Part shown: one piece after another, positions 1 through 12,754 of the stretch
Numbering within the stretch: the first letter of the stretch is position 1
How the letters are laid out: each line of letters starts with the position of its first letter
From: Malacoraja senta
Lineage: Eukaryota
Length of the DNA: 58,414 nucleotides
Reading direction: 5' to 3'
Assembly (NCBI GenBank): GCA_038087875.1
Contig: JAXLNO010000200.1
Location: 62,001 to 120,414, forward strand
Made by a program: the position numbers and the translations under genes
The notes under the pieces: generated by a model
The model's input: only the letters and a program-made list of their open reading frames with translations
The model's database searches: none
What the model was told of the DNA's origin: nothing

Positions 1-1620
1 CTTCCCGAGCCCCCATTCGCTGTGATGGTATTTCAGTGTCAGTCACAGAGGCCGACGTGAGGAAATCCTTCAGAGGGTTGAACCCTCGAAAAGCGCCTGG
101 ACCTGATGGTATACCTGGTCGTGTTCTAAAAACCTGTGCGGACCAACTGGCTGGAGTTTTTACGGACATTTTCAACCTCTCACTTCTGAGGTCCGAGGTT
201 CCCACCTGCTTCAAAAGGGCATCAATTATACCAGTGCCCAAGAAGAGTAAGGTGACGTGCCTCAATGACTATCGACCAGTGGCACTAACGCCTGTGGTGA
301 TGAAGTGCTTTGAGAGGTTGATCATGGCGCAAAGCAACTCCTACCTCGACAAAAACCTGGACCCACTGCAGTTCACTTACCGCCACAACAGATCAACGGT
401 GGATGCGATCTCGTTGGCTCTCCACTCCACTCTGGACCACTTGGACAACAAAAACTCATATGTCAGGCTGTTATTCATAGATTACAGCTCGGCATTTAAT
501 ACAATCATCTCCTCAAAGCTGGTTACCAAACTCACAGAACTGGGTCTCTGCGCATCCCTCTGCAATTAGATCCTCGACTTCCTCACTCTCAGACCACAGT
601 CTGTTCGTATTGGTGGAAATGTGTGAGACTCGATAACAATCAGCACGGGAGCACCTCAAGGCTGCGTGCTCAGCCCCCTGCTGTACTCACTCTATATTCA
701 TGACTGCGTAGCCGGTCATAGTGCGAACTCCATCATCAAGTTTGCTGACGACACCACTGTGGTGAGACGTATCACTGATGGGGATGAGTCAGAGTATAGA
801 AGAGAGATCGAGCAACTGTCCATATGGTGCCAGCACAATAACCTGGCCCTCAACACCAGCAAAACCAAGGAACTGATTGTGGACTTTGGAAGGAGTAGGA
901 TGGGGACCCACAGTCCCGTTTATATCAACGGGTCGATGGTTGAAAGGGTCAAGAGCTTCAAATTCCTGGGCATGCACATCTCTGAAGATCTTTCCTGGTC
1001 CAAGAATATTGATGCAATTATTAAGAAAGCACATCAGCGCCTCTACTTCCTGAGAAGATTACGGAGAGTCGGTTTGTCAAGGGGGGCTCTCTCTAACTTC
1101 TACAGGTGCACAGTAGAGAGCATGTTGCATCGTGTCTTGGTTTGGCAACTTGAGCGCCCTGGAGAGGAAAAGACTACAAAAAGTATTAAACACTGCCCAG
1201 TCCATCATCGGCTCTGACCTCCCTTCCATCGAGGGGATCTATCGCAGTCGCTGCCTCAAAAAGGCTGGCAGTATCATCAAGGACCCACACCGTCCTGGCC
1301 ACACACTCATCTCCCTGCAACCTTCAGGTAGAAGGTACAGGAGCCTGAAGACTGCAACGACCAGGTTCAGGATAAGCTACTTCCCCACAGCCATCAGGCT
1401 ATTAAACTTGGCTCGGACAAAACTCTGAACTTTAATAGCCCATTATCTGTTATTTGCACTTTATCAGTTTATTTATTCATGTGTGTATATATTTATATAA
1501 TGGTATATGGACACACTGATCTGTTTTGTAGTCAGTCTATTATGTTCTGTTGTGCTGAAGCAAAGCAAGAATTTCATTGTCCTATCAGGGACACATGACA
1601 ATAAACTCACTTGAACGAAC
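1..1620 (+). mobile_element. Rex1/Babar-like LINE, RT region and 3' end, degraded
   Basis: ORF pieces [37 protein letters not shown] and KFADDTT with stops and frameshifts. 3' tail ATTTCATTGTCC...ATGACAATAAA near 1570-1605. Confidence 0.85.
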
Positions 1621-1759
1621 TTTAATGAAATCTGACAATGTGACCACATGATTTTTTCTATTACAAATCTCAAGTTATGGAATAATTAAATAACTAATGA
1701 TGGGTCTTTGTCTCATACATTATAAATAAATGATGGGTCTTTGTCCCAAACATTATGGA

Positions 1760-1955
1760 GGGCACTGTATGTCCTCTGGTCCTCGATTCACCTACTCTGG
1801 GCAAAAGATTCTATGCATCTACCCGATCTATTCCTCTCATGATCTTATACACCTTTATAAATCACCCCTCATTCTCCTGCACTCCAGGGAATAGAAACCC
1901 AGCCTACTCAACCTCTCCCTATAGATCAGACCCTGTAGCCCTGGCAACATTCTCG
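1760..1955 (-). mobile_element. old CR1 LINE fragment
   Basis: Resembles the CR1 RT C-terminal segment at 54040-54240. Confidence 0.55.
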
Positions 1956-2294
1956 CAATTGAGGAGTTTATTAGACAAGGTGGAAGAGAGAAACTGATCC
2001 ACTAAGAGAACTGGAGATGTGATAAATGGTTAACTCACTTACAGGCAATTTGCATTGCTGCCCAAAATCAAAATTATCCACAATGGGCTAGAGTAACCAT
2101 GCGTATATGTGTCCAGCACATTACTGAACTAGATGTCTTTTCACAACCATCCAGCAAGTTAGGTTTCATCATTTACAGGTATATTAATTATTCTGCAAAT
2201 TGCAAGATTTATTGAACGTAATGTCCTCACATCCTATTGTTGAATTTAAATTCACAAGCAGTGATTTGAAACAAGCAGGTGAAAGTGTTTACGT

Positions 2295-2420
2295 ATAGAA
2301 AGAAACTGCAGATGCTCATTTACGCCGAAGATAGACACAAAATGCTGGAGTAACCTATTCCTTTTCTCCAGAGGAACTGTCTGACCCGCTGAGGTATTCC
2401 GCCATTTTGTGCCTATGTTG
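2295..2420. repeat. Penelope pseudo-LTR-derived short fragments in inverted arrangement
   Basis: gaaaactgcagatgct...aaatgctggagtaac is followed by an oppositely oriented piece. Both match the pLTR at 31190-31285. Confidence 0.55.
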
Positions 2421-2766
2421 GGTGAAAGTAATTATCTGGTGATATTCAATAGCTTCCTTTATTCAGGTCCATGCATTGCCTTTCTTCAATAGAAAAGAAG
2501 CAGCCTGCTGCAATAAATTGGTCCCTTCCACAGATTTAACAGAGATTTACACAAATTAGACACTATTCCAATGCACTGTGAAAAATACCCCCTGTAGCTA
2601 CCCAACAAATTCCTTTTATGAACTAATGTTATCCCTGCCCGTTTGAAGTGAAGGTGATGTTTAATTTAAATGAGACTGGAAAGTAAAATGACACAAATAT
2701 TATGCTGACATTGCACTAAATCTTGGAATACAGCCTTGGACTAATGTATGCAAAAAGATGACTTAC

Positions 2767-2893
2767 CTAGTTTGGATAAGGGATAACTCACGTTAAAATA
2801 TTCCTCAAAGAATGAGAGAATTGGCCCCAATATATTTATTGCATATTGAGCTTCACCTTTTGATATGGCTTGTTTATCAGCCCAAACGCGAAT
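2767..2893 (-). CDS. LVRN: M1 aminopeptidase (LVRN-like), internal coding exon, probably exon 4
   Basis: 127-nt exon with acceptor atgtttgcAG and donor GTaagt, phase 0 start. It encodes IRVWADKQAISKGEAQYAINILGPILSFFEEYFNVSYPLSKL, the segment that precedes the GAMEN-type exon in M1 peptidases. Confidence 0.85.
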
Positions 2894-3685
2894 CTGCAAA
2901 CATTAAAAACACATTTAATAACAAACTTTGACTTAAACTTTAGGGTGCATGTTCGAATTCAGCAGTATCTTCTTTGTACTATTTGATGTAATTCTGTGCC
3001 CTTGCATTACAGTTCTTTACATACAGTGTTTTAAAGTAACTCTTCAAACTTATACTTCTGATATTTCCTACATTATTACAAGGTACCTAATGCACTTAGC
3101 TAGACAATATTTAGGAGATCCCTGGGTTTCTGAAAAGCAAAGTTATTAAAATACTGGAAAAATGTCAGGTAGCACGCGTGAAGAAAAAGTTTCTTGTGTC
3201 CAGCTAATCTGTTGGGGAGTTCATGCAAGATTGTAACTATTCCATCTGGTTGATCCCAATTTTGAACATTTTTTTAAATCCTTTTGAAAGCTATTTGCCA
3301 CAATCACTTTCCATGGGAGTGTGCTTTAGCAATTCACTAGGCAAGATAAGCTTTCCCTCATCAGTTGGAATTTTAAGAGCCACATCTTAAGGTTCTTTGT
3401 TGTTACTTCTCCCACAAGAGAAAATTCATTCACCCTACACACCCCATCCAGTTAGTTCATCATTTTGATGACATCTATCTGATCATCCCTATTTTTTAAT
3501 TGTTTCACAATAAAATACTCTGAGACAACTGTAATTTCTCTATTGATATCGGCCCTCAAGATCATTTTGGTCTTTCTCTTCAATCAACAACATTCTCACA
3601 ACACAAAGAACTACATGGGCTAACAGAGACAAAGGTAGAAAGCACATACGGGGATCCCAATGAGTGGTAAAGCTGCTGTTTCAAC

Positions 3686-3947
3686 TTTGTTTAGAGATAC
3701 AGCGTGGAAACAGGCCCTTCAGCCCACCGGGTCCGTGCCGACCAGCGATCCCTGCACATTAACACTATCCTACACCCACCAGGGACAATTTTTACATTTG
3801 CCAAGCCAATTAACCTACAAACCTGTACGTCTTTGGAGTGTGGGAGGAAACCAAAGATCTCGGACAGCACCTGTAGTCAGGATCGAACCCGGGTCTCCGG
3901 CGCTGAATTGCTGTAAGGCAGCAACTCTACCGCTGCGCCACCGTGAT
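3686..3947 (-). mobile_element. tRNA-derived SINE (HE1/V-SINE-like)
   Basis: Minus-strand head with A box TGGCGCAGCGG and B box GGTTCGATCC. The 3' tail GAAGGGCCTGTTTCCACGCTGTATCTCTAA resembles CR1 tails in this window. Confidence 0.85.
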
Positions 3948-4033
3948 CACCTTAACTTCGCATAGGTCACCTACAAAATTCTTGCTCATTGTTTTTATTT
4001 TTATTTCAAATGCAAGTCTACTTTAATCAAGTT

Positions 4034-4109
4034 TGAAATTTGAGTGCCGTGATGAGATATACAACCAATGATCATAGGTTGTATATCTCATCACGACACT
4101 CAAATTTCA
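4034..4109. repeat. 76-bp spacerless palindrome
   Basis: Two 38-nt arms are reverse complements with 2 mismatched pairs, centred on GA|TC at 4071/4072. Confidence 0.9.
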
Positions 4110-4224
4110 TGAGTTGTCTAGCTGTAGTTTGAGCCACCCTACACCTCTTAATGGAGAAGCCTGTTGTGAATGCAGCAAGTGATTCCAGGTATTCCAGGGG
4201 CTGCTGCAACTTGCTAGAAGAGGC

Positions 4225-4470
4225 AGCGATCACCAGGTACACACTAACACTATCCTACACACTAGGCACAACTTACAATTTTACTGAAGCCAATTAACCT
4301 ACAAACCTGTACATCTTTAGAGCGTGGGAGGAAACCGGAGCACCTGTAGAAAATCCACGGATTCACAGGAAGAACATACAAACTCTGTACAGACAGCACC
4401 TGTAGTCAGGATCAAATCCAGGTCTCTGACACTGTGTGGCAGCAACTCTACAGCTGTACTACTCTGCCAC
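4225..4470 (-). mobile_element. tRNA-derived SINE (HE1-like), diverged
   Basis: Homologous to 3686-3947. Confidence 0.75.
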
Positions 4471-5184
4471 CCAAAAAGTTAAAGGTAAGCAAATATTAGC
4501 AATTTTGGGATGTCCTGAAACACAACTACCGTCTAAATATTTGTACCACCCCTACAGAAAGACCAGTGGGATGAAAGAGTTGTGGGGACTACGCCAGGAA
4601 TCCAACCTAGGATTCAGTTCTGACAAAATTCCATGGGGCTCACATGCAGTGAAGGTCTGTTATCGCATTTTCTCCCATCATACCATTACCCTCTCACTGT
4701 GCAATGCAGCACCCTTTGACTCATCAACCAGCAAGTCCCATAGGCCAAATTGAGACCCAATGTTCACATTCATTGCAGCACCATTACACAATTATACCTA
4801 TTCCAAGCCTCAAGTCTCATAATTTGCACACAAAATGCACATGGACTTTTCAACCATGACAGTCACATCATCCAAACGCATGTTAGGTGGTCAATATCCT
4901 CGGAATGACTCTCTTGCAGAAAAGAGTAGCACCAAATGGAGCGAGAAACGTTTTGTACACATTGCAGTGTTCCCTTCCACACACCACCACAGCACAGTGT
5001 GCCGGCCATAACTGGAACAGCTGTCACAAAATCCAAGAGTTTACTGAAGATTCTTCTTCCACATCCTACTTCCTCTCATCAGTGTAGCCACTCCTGGCAA
5101 GTTGTGGTGGCCTCTGGAATACCTCAAATGATGCTGCATCCTTCATACTTTTATGATTTATACTTTTATGATTTATAAGCTGCA

Positions 5185-5395
5185 GATGTTCAGAAGTTCT
5201 AGGAGAAGAATTAGGCCATTCAGCCGATCAAGTCTATGCCATTCAATCATGGCTGATCTATATTTCCCTCTCAACCCCATTCTCCTGCCTTCTCCCTGTA
5301 ACCCAACATCCTTATTAATCAAGAATTTGGAAATCTCTGCCTTAAAAAAATCCATTGATTTTGCCTCCACAGCCGTCTGTGGCAATGAATTCTAC
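5185..5395 (-). mobile_element. CR1 LINE 3' fragment
   Basis: Minus ORF PQTAVEAKSMDFFKAEI plus a CR1-type 3' UTR. Confidence 0.7.
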
Positions 5396-5754
5396 AATTC
5401 ATTACCTCTGGCAATGTTGTAAGCTTGCATCCCTTTTTGATATTGTCATCCAGTATCTGCCCATTGGCCTGTCATGGTGACTTAAGCGTGCAATGCTTGG
5501 GAAACATGCAGAATGAACATATTGAAAATACTTCCTAAACAGAGGACAGGAATCTACATGAAGAGATCGATATAACTGCAGGTTAAATGTGTGTTACATA
5601 GAAACATAGAAAATAGGTACAGGAGAAGGCCATGCCGCCCTTCAAGCCAGCACCGCCAATCAATATGGTCATGGCTGATCATCCAAAATCAGTACCTCAT
5701 TCCTGCGTTTTCCCCATATCCCTTGATTCCTTTAACCCTTAGAGCTAAATCTCA

Positions 5755-7228
5755 CGGGCCTGTCCCACTAGGACGACATAATCTGCGAGTTTAGACAAGT
5801 TTGCCCTGGACTCAAACTCGCAGCATGGTCGACACGAGGTCCTATGAGGTCACTGGAACTCTCCTGCATGCTCGAGGGAAGTCCCCCCTACTCGCAGCCT
5901 CAGCTAGGTCACGGAAAAATTTTCAGGATATTGAAAATAATTTCCACGAGTAAAATTTGGTCGGCATGGGTATTTTTCACTCGTAGTGCAGTGGAGTGGG
6001 GTCGCTATTTACTTACAGGCACTCGAGGGCAGCCGTAGGCAATCTCCTTCGCTAACCGGGCATTTTGAATGGCTCATTGGAGTTTTCATGACCTAGGAAG
6101 ACCTAGCGGTAAGTAAAATGCCCGATAAACTTTATTAAACTTCTTAAAAGTGTCTCCACTCCTTCTCTCCCCCTTCTCTCCCCCTCCTCTCCCCTTCTCT
6201 CCTCCCCCTCCGTGCTCTCTAAAGGACTTACCGTTACTGTGGCAGCCGTTTACATAGAAACATAGAAACATAGAAAATAGGTGCAGGAGTAGGCCATTCG
6301 GCCCTTCGAGCTTGCACTGTCATTCAATATGATCATGGCTGATCATCCAACTCAGTATCCTGTACCTGCCTTCTCTCCATACCCCCTGATCCCTTTAGCC
6401 ACAAGGGCCACATCTAACTCCCTCTTAAATATAGCCAATGAACTGGCCTCAACTACCTTCTGTGGCAGAGAATTCCAGAGATTCACCACTCTCTGTGTGA
6501 AAAATGTTTTTCTCATCTCGGTCCTAAAAGATTTCCCCTTTATCCTTAAGCTGTGACCCCATGTCCTGGACTTCCCCAACATCGGGATCAATCTTCCTGC
6601 ATCTAGCCTGTCCAACCCCTTAAGAATTTTGTAAGTTTCTATAAGATCCCCCCTCAATCTTCTAAATTCTAACGAGCACAAGCTGAGTCTATCCAGTCTT
6701 TCTTCATATGAAAGTCCTGACATCCCAGGAATCAGTCTGGTGAACCTTCTCTGTACTCCCTCTATGGCAAGAATGTCTTTCCTCAGATTTGGAGACCAAA
6801 ACTGTACGCAATACTCCAGGTGTGGTCTCACCAAGACCCTGTACAACTGCAGTAGAACCTCCCTGCTCCTATACTCAAATCCTTTTTCTATGAATGCTAA
6901 CATACCATTCGCTTTCTTCACTGCCTGCTGCACCTGCATGCCTACTTTCAATGACTTTCAATTTACCTTCATCGCGCAGACAGCGCTCCTCCGCTTTCCC
7001 TGGCGCGCGCGCGCGCGTGTGTGTGTGCGCGCGTGCGTGCATGCGTGCGTGTGTGTGTGTGTGTGTGTGTGGTCGGTGATGCAGCTCGTGGTTCGGTTGA
7101 TCCAGCTCGCGGTATCAACGCGGCTGGTTGATCCAGCTTGAGGCTTTCCAGGAGAGTGCCCTCGAGCTGCAAGGTCGAATACACTCTTCTGGACTCGTGG
7201 ATTAGGTCGCCCAAGTGGGACATTCCCT
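5755..7228. mobile_element. TIR non-autonomous DNA transposon (PIF/Harbinger-like MITE), itself split by a CR1 fragment
   Basis: Ends GGGCCTGTCCCACT and AGTGGGACATTCCCT, flanks tca/taa. The left part is homologous to the reverse complement of the right part of the 55972 element. Confidence 0.7.
6254..6961 (-). mobile_element. young 5'-truncated CR1 (HER1-like)
   Basis: ORF 6352-6951 is nearly identical to the C-terminus of ORF2 at 27615-30914. (catagaaa)n tail; possible TTTAC TSD. Confidence 0.9.
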
Positions 7229-7559
7229 TAACTCTCTCTTGAATACATCCAGTGAATTGGCCTCCACTGCTTTCTGTGGCAGAGAATTCCACAGATTCGT
7301 AACTCTCTGGGTGAAAAAGTTTGTCCTCATCTCAGTCCTAAATGGCCTCCCCCTTATACTTAAACTGTGATCCCTGGTTCTGGACTCCCCCAACATGGGG
7401 AACATTTTTCCTGCACCAATACACATTGCTGTTCTTGGAGTCCACATGTGGGGCCTTAGTGTTTTGTGACCACAGTGAACTGTACTTTGAATCAGAGGGA
7501 AATCCACAGACCTTCACTTTCTTTTGCTGTTTTGATATCCCCATTCCCAAAATGTTCAG

Positions 7560-7960
7560 AGTTGAAGTACAGGTACAATAAAAAAAACCTTGCTTGCAGC
7601 AGCAGCATCACAGGCACGTAGCATCAGACAAACATGCAAAATACAAATTGTACATTCATTATACATAAATTACACATAAAACTCTCAAAGAAGGCAAAAC
7701 AAATGTCATCAGTGCAAAAACATAATTAGAAAAAAGTTCATGTCCACAGTAAGAGGTGGGCCATAGGGTTCCATTCACAAGGTAGGATTAGAATTGCGTA
7801 GTTGTTTCAGAAACCTGAAAGATATAGGAAAGTAGCTATCCCCGAAGCTGGTGTTGTGGGACGTTAGGCTTCTGTACTTCTTGTTCAATAGCACCTTTGG
7901 GAGGAGGACATGGCACAAATAGTTGGAATCCTCAATGATAGATGCCACCTTCTTGAAGGG
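7560..7960 (-). mobile_element. old Rex1-like 3' fragment
   Basis: Degenerate similarity to the Rex1-like 3' end at 31920-32290. Confidence 0.45.
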
Positions 7961-8005
7961 GATGTAGGGGACTGGGCCGAGTGCATCAATGAACTATGAA
8001 ATTAG

Positions 8006-8137
8006 ATTTGTTGGAAAGAACTGCAGATGCTGGTTTAAATCGAAGGTAGACATAAAATGCTGGAGTAATTCAGCAGGACAGGCAGCATCTCTGGAGAGAA
8101 GGAATAGTTGGCATTTCGGGTCGAGACCCTTCTTCAG
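8006..8137 (-). mobile_element. solo Penelope pLTR-like short insertion with a hammerhead-like core
   Basis: 13-bp TSD ACTATGAAATTAG at 7993-8005 and 8138-8150. The minus strand starts CTGAAGAAGGGTCTCGACCCGAAA. Confidence 0.75.
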
Positions 8138-8755
8138 ACTATGAAATTAGCTGCATGGTTAAGGTTTACTGTGGCAATACTGGTATAAGCACTGCATATT
8201 GCTCCATATCACAGTCAAACTCATCTGTAGTGTTTATTGTATGAGAGCATTCCACACTGTGGCATCTTTCCCAAAAATAACAGGCAGCACAACTGATTCT
8301 AAAAAATGTACACGCATGTATCGTACATAAATGGGAGGCAAATCAGTACTATTAGCAGCCAAATATTGTGAAATATACAAACTATCACAGCATGGAACAA
8401 AGATACATAGAAAATTTGGCCCTTCGAGCCTGCACCGCCATTCAATGTGATCATGGCTGATCATCCACAATCAGTACCCCATTCCTGCTTTCTCCCCATA
8501 CCCTTTGATTCCGCTAGCCCTGAGCTCTATCTAACTCCCTTTTGAATGCATCCAGTGATTCGGCCTCCACCGTCTTCTGAGGCAGAGAATTCCACAAATT
8601 CACAACTCTCTGTGCGAAAAAGTTTTTCCTCATCTCAGTTCTAAATGGCCTACCCCTTACTCTTAAGCTGTGGCCCCTGGTTCTGGACTCCCTCAACATC
8701 GGGAACATGTTTCCTGCATTGAGCGTGTCCAATCCCTTAATAATTTTATATGTTT

Positions 8756-9459
8756 AGACATAGAAACATAGAAAATAGGTGCAGGAGTAGGCCATTCGGC
8801 CCTTCGAGCCTGCACCGCCATTCAATATGATCATGGCTGATCATCCAACTCAGTATCCTGTACCTACCTTCTCACCATACTCCCTGATCCCTTTAGCCGC
8901 AAGGGCCATATCTAACTCCCTCTTAAATATAGCCAATGAACTGGCCTCAACTACCTTCTGTGGCAGAGAATTCCACAGATTCACCACTCTCTGTGTGAAA
9001 ACGTTTTTCTCATCTTGGTCCTAAAAGACTTCCCCCTTATCCTTAAACTGTGACCCCTTGTTCTGGACTTCGGGAACAATCTTCCTGCATCTAGCCTGTC
9101 CAACACCTTAAGAATTTTGTAAGTTTCCATAAGATCCCCCCTCAATCTTCTAAATTCTAGCGAGTACAAGCCGAGTCTATCCAGTCTTTCTTCATATGAA
9201 AGTCCTGCCATCCCAGGAATCAGTCTGGTGAACCTTCTCTGTACTCCCTCTATGGCAAGAATGTCTTTCCTCAGATTAGGAGACCAAAACTGTACGCAAT
9301 ACTCCAGGTGTGGTCTCACCAAGACCCTGTACAACTGGAGTAGAACCTCCCTGCTCTTATACTCAAATCCTTTTGCTATGAAGTCAAATCCTTTTGCTAT
9401 GAACTCAAATCCTTTTGCTATGAACTCAAATCCTTTTGCTATGAACTCAAATCCTATCC
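8756..9459 (-). mobile_element. young 5'-truncated CR1 nested in an older CR1
   Basis: Nearly identical to 6254-6961. The host rejoins as tatatgtt|tctataagatccc. A 21-bp tandem repeat sits at the 5' junction. Confidence 0.85.
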
Positions 9460-11630
9460 TTTCTATAAGATCCCCTAAATTACAGTGAATACAAGCCCAG
9501 TTGCTCCATTCTTTCTTCATATGACAGTCCCACCATCCCGGGAATTAACCTCCTGGACCTACACTGCACTCCCTCAATAGCAAGAATGTCCTTCCTCAAA
9601 TTAGGAGACCCCAAACTGCACACAATACTCCAGGTGTGGTCTCACTAGGGCCCTGTACAACTGCAGGACAGCTTTGTTCCTATACTCAACTCCTCTCGTT
9701 ATGAAGGCCAACATGCCTTAAGCTTTCTTGTTCTGTTGTACCTGTATGCTTACTTTCAGTGACTAATATACTAGGACACACAAGTCTTGTTGTACTTTCC
9801 CTTTTCCTAACCTGATACCATCCAGATAATAATCTGCCTTCCCGTTCTTGCCTCAAAAGTGGATAACCTCACATTTATCCACATTATTCTATTGCGTCTG
9901 CCATGCTTCTGCCCACTCACCCAACCTGTCCAAGTCACTCTGCCTCCTCATAGTTCACACTGCCACCCAGCTTTGTGTCATCTGCAAATTTTCTAATGTT
10001 ACTTTTAATTCCTTCATCTAAATCATTAATGTATATTGTAAATAGCTGCGATCCCAGCACCGAGCCTTGCGGCACCCCACCAGTCACTGCCTGCCATTCT
10101 GAAAGGGACCCGTTAATCCCAACTCTTTGTTTCCTGTCTGCCAACCAATTTTCTATCCATGTCCTTACCCTACCCCCAATGTCATGTGCTCTAATTTTGC
10201 CCACTAATCTCCTCTGTAGGACCTTACCAAAGGCTTTCTGAAAGTCCAGGTACTCCATCCACGGGCTCTCCCTTATCCATTTTACTTGCTACATCCATAA
10301 AAAAATTCCAGAAGATTTGTCAAGCATGATTTCCCCTTCGTAAATCCATGCTGACTCGGACCGATCCTGTTACTGCTATCCAAATGCGGCGCTATTTCAT
10401 TTTTGATAATCAAGTCCAGTACCGCCGATGTCAGGCTAATTGGTTTATAATTCCCTGCTTTCTCTCTCCCTCCTTTCTTGAAAAGTGGGATAACATTAGC
10501 TACCCTCCAATCCACAGGAACTGATCCGGAATCTATAGAACATTGGAAAATGATCACCAATGCGTCCACGATTTCCAGAGCCACCTCCTTGAGTACCCTG
10601 GGATGCAGACCATCAGGCCCTGGGGATTTATTAGCCTTCAGTCCCATCAGTCTACACAACACCATTTCCTAACTATTGTGAATTTCCTTCAGTTCCTCCG
10701 TCATCCTCGGTCCCCTGTCCCCTAGTACATCTGGGAGATTGGTTCTGTCTTCACCAAGGAAGACACAAACAAAGTATCTGTTCAACTAGTCTGCCATTTC
10801 CTTGCTCCTCATAATAAATTCACCTGCTTCCGTCTTCAAGGGACCCACATTTGTCTTAACTAATTCTTTCCTCTTCACATACCTAAAGAAGTTTTTCCTA
10901 TCCTCCTTTATATTCTTGGCTAGCTTACCTTCATACTTCGTCTTTTCTCCCCGTATTGCCTTTTTAGTTACCTTCTGTTGATCTTTAAAAGTTTCCCATT
11001 CCTCTGGCTTCCCACTAATCTTTGCTATGTTATACATCTTCTCTTTTATTTTTATATTGTCCTTGACTTCCCTTGTCAGCCATGGTCGCCTCTTACTCCC
11101 ATTAGAATCTTTCTTTCTCTTTGGAATGAAATGATCCTGCATCTTCTGGATTATTCCCAGAAACACCTGCCATTGCTGTTCAACCATCATCCTTGTTAGG
11201 GTCCCTTTCCAGTCAACTTTGGCCAGCTCCTCCCTCATGCCAACATAGTCCCCTTTGTTCAACTGCAATACTGACACTTCCAATCTCACCTTCTCCCTCT
11301 CAAATTGCAGATTAAAACTTATCATATTATGGTCACTACATCCTAATGGTTCCTTTCCCTTAACAAATCCAGTTCATGACACAACACTAAATTCAGAATT
11401 GCCTTCTCCCTGGTGGGCTCCAGTACAAGCTGTTCTAAGAATCCATCTCAGAGGCACTCCACAAACTCCCTTACATGGGGTCCAGCACCAACCTGATTTT
11501 CCCCAGTCTACCTGCATGTTGAATTCTCCCATAACCGCTGTAGCATTACATTTGTTACATGCTAATTTTAATTCCTGATGCAACTTGCACCCTATCTCCA
11601 GGCTACTGTTTGGGGGGCCTGTAGATAACT

Positions 11631-11929
11631 GTAGATAAGGTGTCAGGTCGGGGGGAATTCCCACCGCCACGGGTACCATTTAATCCCGTGCTACCTGCTC
11701 CATGGACGGATAGTCGGCGACTAAACCATCTCCCCCACCTGGTTTGCCAGGTGATGAGGGGGCTGTGGACCCCCAGCAGGACCAAAAACAAGACCTGTCA
11801 AAGGGCGGGTGAGCTTCCAGCGAGCCAACGGCCATCCACACTTCAGTAGACATTGTGATCACTGTCGTACATAGCATTGTAAGGCACCGTGCCCGTTAAT
11901 GTTTTCAACGATGATGCTGATGATGATGA
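11631..11929 (+). mobile_element. ~300-bp non-autonomous retroposon with (GAT)n tail
   Basis: 9-bp TSD TAGATAACT at 11622-11630 and 11930-11938. GATGAT tail; interrupts the CR1 EN region. Confidence 0.7.
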
Positions 11930-12559
11930 TAGATAACTCCCATGAGTGTCTTTTTACCCTTACAATTTCTCAGTTCTATCCACAATGACTCTACATCTGA
12001 TTCTATGTCACCTCTCGCAAGGGACTGAATTTCATTCCTTATCGACAGGGCCACCCCACTCCTCTGCCCACCTGTCTGTCTTTTCGATAGGATGTATACA
12101 CCTGAATATTCAGTTCCCAGTTGTGATCCTCTTGCAGCCATGTCTCTGTAATTCCCACAACATCATACTTACAAATTTCCAAATGATCCTCGAGCTCATC
12201 CACGTTATTTCTTACTCTTTGCGCATTCATATATAACACTTTAAAGTTGGTATTCACCTCCCCTCTCACACCGGTTTCCTATTTCACCTGACCTTACACT
12301 ATTATCCCTTCTTGAACTTTCCGTCCCATTAATTTGGGTGTCTTTCATAACTTTCCCTGTATTCTGTTCCCCTTTAATTCCATCCTTATACTCCCAATTT
12401 GTCAACTCCCCCCAGCTTGTACTGGAGCCTACCGGGAAGAGCACAGTATTGCAAGAGTTTCAAACAAATGAGACCTTTAAAAAAAATGCGTTCTTCAAAA
12501 TGAAACCTATAGTGGCTTGTTGGCAGTTTTATTATTTTATGGGGAAGTCAATTGTTTGT

Positions 12560-12745
12560 TCTCCCTCTCCCTCTCTCCCTCTCCCTCTCTCCCTCTCCCT
12601 CTCTCCCTCTCTCCCTCTCTCCCTCTCCCTCTCTCTCTCCCCCTCTCTCTCTCTCCCTCTCTCTCTCCCTCTCCCTCTCCCTCTTTCCCTCTCCCTCCTT
12701 CTCCCCCTCTCTCTCCCCCTCTCCCCCCCCTCTCTCTCTCTCTCT
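12560..12745. repeat. CT-rich polypyrimidine microsatellite
   Basis: (CTCTCC)n-like run seen directly. Confidence 0.95.
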
Positions 12746-12754
12746 TTAATACCT

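Larger units (their letters stand above)
5597..7413 (-). mobile_element. CR1 3' fragment (5597-5754 and 7229-7413) split by a MITE
   Basis: The CR1 sequence agagctaaatc|taactctctcttgaa rejoins across the insertion. Confidence 0.7.
8405..12420 (-). mobile_element. long degraded CR1 LINE (EN to 3' tail), with insertions at 8756-9459 and 11631-11929
   Basis: Minus ORF fragments YMNAQRV, VGITETW, KSPGPDGLHP, YLDFQKAF, GVPQGSVLG and KFADDTKL, with many stops. Confidence 0.85.

Noticed and set aside
1697..1756. Short direct duplication AATGATGGGTCTTTGTC
   Set aside because: A two-copy local duplication with no further structure.
3880..3947. tRNA gene
   Set aside because: The A/B boxes belong to a SINE head followed by the SINE body and a CR1-like tail; four copies occur in the window.
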